64,000 nt of DNA from the NCBI GenBank assembly GCA_964617125.1, contig CAZTVS010000001.1:14296-78295 (forward strand), in the 5' to 3' direction. Below, piece by piece: positions 60,115-64,000 of the stretch (its first letter is position 1; each line of letters begins with the position of its first letter). A program made the position numbers and the translations under genes. The notes beneath the pieces were generated by a model, which saw only the letters and a list, made by a program, of their open reading frames with translations, was not told the DNA's origin and did not search any database. This stretch comes from an uncultured Acidobacteriota bacterium (GTDB lineage: Bacteria; Acidobacteriota; UBA6911; CAINFC01).

Positions 60115-60281
60115 ACTTTCAAGATTCAGTCCTTCTCCAGTTCACCAGCCCGCGGGGTGAAACGATGTCTTCCTGAGTTCCCGGAGGTTCCTCTTCTCTT
60201 TGTTCCGACATGAGTGTCTTTATTTTACCCGCAACACGGTCTCACGGGTAGAGTTTTCCGATTATTTAGCCACGCTCCCGT

Positions 60282-61262
60282 TCAGCTGTCTTTCCTGATT
60301 TTTTCTACTTCCCTGGTCAGAAGCGGTAAAACCTGTAAGGTATCACCCACAATTCCGAAGTCGGCTACTTTGAAGATAGGTGCTTCAGGATCCTTGTTGA
60401 CAGCTAAAATGTATTTGGAGGAAGACATACCTGCCATATGTTGGATCGATCCCGAAATCCCGCAGGCGATATAAAGCGTCGGAGAAACGGTTTTTCCGGT
60501 CTGACCCACCTGGAAACGATGTTCGACCCATCCCGCATCCACGACGGCACGAGACGCGCCTGTGGCCGCATTCAGGCGCTGGGCCAAGGATTGTATCAGA
60601 TGCCAGTTTTCCGGGCCTTTCATCCCTCGTCCTCCGGAGACGATGATATCGGCCTCGGTTAACTCCACGGTTTGGCCGGAAAAATTTTGCGTTTCTACGA
60701 CCCTGGCACGAATGCCATCCAGACTCAACAGAGAATCCAAAGCCGTCATTTCCGGTTCGGCGAACACCCGTTCTTCCGCAGAGAAAGTGTTGGGTCGAAG
60801 CGTGACCACCTGGGGTGTTCCGGTAAGCTTAATGGTAGTAAAGGCCTTTCCGGCAAAAATGGGGCGAGTGAGTTCCAGGGCACCATCCTGTCCCCATACG
60901 ATTTGTGTACAATCCTGGGCCATGGAAACGTCCAGACGGGCACTGACTCTGGGCAAAAGTTCTTTACCCAGTGCAGAAGAGGCAGCCAGAAGCACCGTCG
61001 GTTGAAAATCTCGGACGCAGTGCGTCAACAGATCGGCGTAGCCCTCGGTGCTGTATTGAGACAGGGCCGGATGATTGCTGAAATAGATTTTTCCCGCACC
61101 ATAGGAGGCGCATCGTCTTGCCGATTCTTCCGGACCGACCACGACGGCGGCCACGGTTCCTCCACTCGATTCCGCCAACCGACGGGCCTGACTCAGGACT
61201 TCCAGGGAGAATTTTTTCAGATTCCCTTCTCGTTGTTCCGCAAATACAAGTATTTTCGACAT
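60282..61262 (-). CDS. etfA: Electron transfer flavoprotein alpha subunit
   Basis: IVSGGRG, GASRAVVD, QVGQTGK, CGISGSIQH, NKDPEAPIF. Confidence 0.96.
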   Translation of the reverse strand: MSKILVFAEQREGNLKKFSLEVLSQARRLAESSGGTVAAVVVGPEESARRCASYGAGKIYFSNHPALSQYSTEGYADLLTHCVRDFQPTVLLAASSALGKELLPRVSARLDVSMAQDCTQIVWGQDGALELTRPIFAGKAFTTIKLTGTPQVVTLRPNTFSAEERVFAEPEMTALDSLLSLDGIRARVVETQNFSGQTVELTEADIIVSGGRGMKGPENWHLIQSLAQRLNAATGASRAVVDAGWVEHRFQVGQTGKTVSPTLYIACGISGSIQHMAGMSSSKYILAVNKDPEAPIFKVADFGIVGDTLQVLPLLTREVEKIRKDS

Positions 61263-61281
61263 CGATATCTTCCTAAAAAAA

Positions 61282-62067
61282 CTAGATCAGTTTTGCTTCC
61301 TGATGCAACAGGGTTACCATCTCCGGAACGACCGTTTCCGGTTCTCCGCTCAGTATCTTTCCGGTGTTCCGAGTGGGAGGCAATGAGAGTCGGATGCGCA
61401 CTTCCTTGCGGGCCTGCTTCCCGACCTGCTCCCCGGTCAAACCCAGCTCGTTCAGATTCACTTCCCGGATCTCCTTCTTTTTGGCCGCCATGATGCCCTT
61501 GAGCGAAGGATAGCGTGGTTCATTCAATCCTTTCTGTGCCGAGATGACCGCCGGAAGAGGACTCTCGATGACCTCAACGCCCCCCTCGATATCATGCCTG
61601 GCCGTCACCGATGTTTCCTTCCAGTCGATATGGGTGGCACCGGTGATCTGTGGCAAGTTCAGTAATTCGGCGAGCATGGATGCCGTTTGGGCCTGATCGT
61701 CACCGATACTATACTTTCCTGTGAGGATGACATCGGCCTGCAGCGGGGCAATCACCTTGGCGAGGATTTTTGCGGTTCCCAGAGAATCGGAATCCTGTGC
61801 CGCTGGATCGCAGACATGGATCGCCTTGTCGGCTCCCATGGCCAGGCAGGTACGGATAGCTTCCGTGGCCCGGGCCGGTCCGATGCATACCAGAATGACC
61901 TCTCCTCCGCGAGATTCCTTCAACTTGAGTGCCTCTTCCACCGCGAATTCATCATAGGGATTGACGATAAAGGTGACCCCTTTTTCATCCCAACTGGTTC
62001 CATCGGAGGCAATCTGAACGCGGGTGGTGGTGTCCGGAACCTGTTTAATGCAAACTACTATTTTCAT
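61282..62067 (-). CDS. etfB: Electron transfer flavoprotein beta subunit
   Basis: MKIVVCIKQVPD, NPYDEFAVEEA, AMGAD, NEPRYPSLKGIM. Confidence 0.96.
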   Translation of the reverse strand: MKIVVCIKQVPDTTTRVQIASDGTSWDEKGVTFIVNPYDEFAVEEALKLKESRGGEVILVCIGPARATEAIRTCLAMGADKAIHVCDPAAQDSDSLGTAKILAKVIAPLQADVILTGKYSIGDDQAQTASMLAELLNLPQITGATHIDWKETSVTARHDIEGGVEVIESPLPAVISAQKGLNEPRYPSLKGIMAAKKKEIREVNLNELGLTGEQVGKQARKEVRIRLSLPPTRNTGKILSGEPETVVPEMVTLLHQEAKLI

Positions 62068-62118
62068 GAGTATTTCCTGTCGCTAGCAACTTTAGTCAGA
62101 TGGGAACGGCTAAAAAAA

Positions 62119-63360
62119 TTAACCGCTGAACTTCTTGAGAAGTATGCAGGCGTTCGTGCCGCCGAATCCGAAAGAATTGGACATGGCGTATTCGATTGAG
62201 GCCCGCCGTGCTTGATTGGGGACATAGTCCAAATCACATTCCGGGTCGGGAAATTCATAATTGATGGTCGGAGCGATGATCTGGTCACGTAGGGTGAGAG
62301 CGGTAATGGCACCTTCCACTCCGCCGGCCGCTCCCAATAAATGTCCGATCATGGACTTGGTGGAGCTGATGGCTAATTTGCGGGCATGTTCGGCAAAAAC
62401 TTCTTTAATGGCCATGGTTTCAAATTTGTCATTGAAGGGTGTCGAAGTGCCATGGGCGTTGATATATTGCACCTGTTCCGGTTGGATGCCGGCATCCTTC
62501 AGTGTCCTTTGCATCAACCGAATAGCGCCATCTCCGGATGGGGCCGTGATGTGATAAGCGTCCGAGGTCATGCCATATCCGACAAACTCGGCAAGTATAT
62601 TGGCGTTGCGTTTCAAGGCGCAATCCAGGGATTCCAACACAAGGATCCCCGCACCTTCTCCGATGATGAAACCGTCTCTTTCTTTATCGAAAGGCCGGCT
62701 GGCTTTGCCTGGTTCGTCATTCCGCGTCGATAGGGCGCGCATGGCGGCAAATCCGCTGACTGCCATAGGAGTGATGGCTGCTTCCGCTCCACCGGCGAGC
62801 ATGATATCGGCATCTCCTCTCTGGATGATCTTGAAGGCATCCCCCAAGGCATGGGTTCCGGAGGAACAGGCCGTACAGGTTGCCGAATTCGGTCCTTTCA
62901 GGCCAAAGCGTATGGCGACTTGTCCGGCGGCGAGATTGACAACCACGGAGGGGATGAAAAACGGACTCACCCGGCGAGGACCTTGCTGAAGCAGAGTTGT
63001 ATGTTCTTTTTCGATGGAACCGAACCCTCCGATACCGGATCCGATGATCACTCCGGCATTAGCTTCCTGTTCCGCAGTGATGTTCAATTGAGCCATTTTT
63101 ACAGCTTCATCTGCCGAAGCGATGGCGTAGTGGATAAAAGGATCCATTTTCTTGATCTCTTTTTTCTCCACAAATTGTTGAGGATCAAATCCCTTTACCT
63201 CGGCAGCGATCGTAGAGGAATAACCGCTGGTATCGAATTTTGTAATCTGGCCGATTCCGCTGACACCCCCCTGGAGTTTTTCCCACGTTTCCACCGCCGT
63301 ATTACCCAGGGCTGTTACCATGCCCACACCGGTAATGACTACCCTTCTATTTGCCGACAT
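62119..63360 (-). CDS. fabF: 3-oxoacyl-ACP synthase II
   Basis: [38 protein letters not shown]. Confidence 0.98.
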   Translation of the reverse strand: MSANRRVVITGVGMVTALGNTAVETWEKLQGGVSGIGQITKFDTSGYSSTIAAEVKGFDPQQFVEKKEIKKMDPFIHYAIASADEAVKMAQLNITAEQEANAGVIIGSGIGGFGSIEKEHTTLLQQGPRRVSPFFIPSVVVNLAAGQVAIRFGLKGPNSATCTACSSGTHALGDAFKIIQRGDADIMLAGGAEAAITPMAVSGFAAMRALSTRNDEPGKASRPFDKERDGFIIGEGAGILVLESLDCALKRNANILAEFVGYGMTSDAYHITAPSGDGAIRLMQRTLKDAGIQPEQVQYINAHGTSTPFNDKFETMAIKEVFAEHARKLAISSTKSMIGHLLGAAGGVEGAITALTLRDQIIAPTINYEFPDPECDLDYVPNQARRASIEYAMSNSFGFGGTNACILLKKFSG

Positions 63361-63426
63361 ATATTTGCTCTCAAAAGTGCTGCAATTCTAGTTACAAGAA
63401 AGAAATGATCTAAACCGATACAATAA

Positions 63427-63474
63427 ACCTCTGCCCGCCGGAACTCTGATGGAGTGCCGGACATATGCAGAGGT
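63427..63474 (-). other. Stem-loop between acpP and fabF
   Basis: ACCTCTGC...CCGG-ACTC...GAGT-CCGG...GCAGAGGT nested inverted repeat. Confidence 0.5.
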
Positions 63475-63511
63475 ATCGTATTATGGAATAAAAATAAGTT
63501 TGTCGTTAGAC

Positions 63512-63748
63512 TCAGTTCACGTGCTTTTCGATGTAGCTGATAGCGTCCTGAACGGTACGGATTTTTTCCGCTTCCTCATCCGGGATTTCGATACCGAATT
63601 TTTCTTCGAAAGCCATCACCAGCTCTACGGTATCCAGCGAATCAGCACCCAGATCATCGACAAAAGATGCAGCAGCAGTTACTTCCGCTTCGTCCACGCC
63701 CAACTGTTCTACGATGATTGCTTTCACATCATCTTGAATGGATGGCAT
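63512..63748 (-). CDS. acpP: Acyl carrier protein
   Basis: [20 protein letters not shown]. Confidence 0.98.
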   Translation of the reverse strand: MPSIQDDVKAIIVEQLGVDEAEVTAAASFVDDLGADSLDTVELVMAFEEKFGIEIPDEEAEKIRTVQDAISYIEKHVN

Positions 63749-63943
63749 AATTGTTCTCCGTTTCCTTTATTTCTGGTGTTGATAGTTGAATGACAGATGT
63801 TGCACTTTACGTTTTTACCGGAGTACAACATATCGTTTCTGTTTTGTTTTCATTTTAAAGCATGCAATTATAGACCACTCGGCCGGAAAAAGTAAGAGCT
63901 GAGTCGGTACATTCTGCTCTTGCTTTCAGCGTGACCAAGCGGA

Positions 63944-64000
63944 TTACATGTACATGCCGCCATTGACTCCAATCACCTGACCGGTAATGTATCCGGCCTG
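63944..64000 (-). CDS. fabG: 3-oxoacyl-ACP reductase, C-terminal fragment (truncated by window edge)
   Basis: Minus-strand translation QAGYITGQVIGVNGGMYM*; fabG-acpP-fabF synteny. Confidence 0.88.
   Translation of the reverse strand, partial: QAGYITGQVIGVNGGMYM

Overview
Gene-dense bacterial chromosomal window (about 50-55% GC by eye). The gene complement suggests a Gram-negative Acidobacteriota-like or Deltaproteobacteria-like organism (inference only). Most of it is housekeeping: ppdK, glyQS, recO, ffh-rpsP-khpA-rimM-trmD-rplS, purF-purM-purN, psd-pssA, phoH, rpsT, argF, holA, lptE, gpmI, ybeY, etfBA, fabG-acpP-fabF, tRNA-Ser(GGA) and tRNA-Glu(TTC). There are also secreted peptidases (M14, tricorn) and signalling genes (PilZ, Ser/Thr kinase, 7TM-HD phosphodiesterase). 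Two loci stand out. (1) A bacterial microcompartment shell cassette (1 BMC-H + 3 BMC-P) has no recognisable signature or core metabolosome enzymes and runs almost without gaps into a 2-hydroxyacid dehydrogenase and purF-purM-purN. (2) A five-gene lipid operon (first four genes joined by ATGA overlaps) encodes a catalytically degenerate HAD fused to a fatty acyl-CoA reductase, a second reductase, a polysaccharide-pyruvyltransferase-like protein, an acyl-CoA ligase and a crotonase. It resembles a split and modified ether-lipid/fatty-alcohol pathway. No integrase, transposase or CRISPR array was seen. All calls are by motif recognition from the sequence; no database searches were run.
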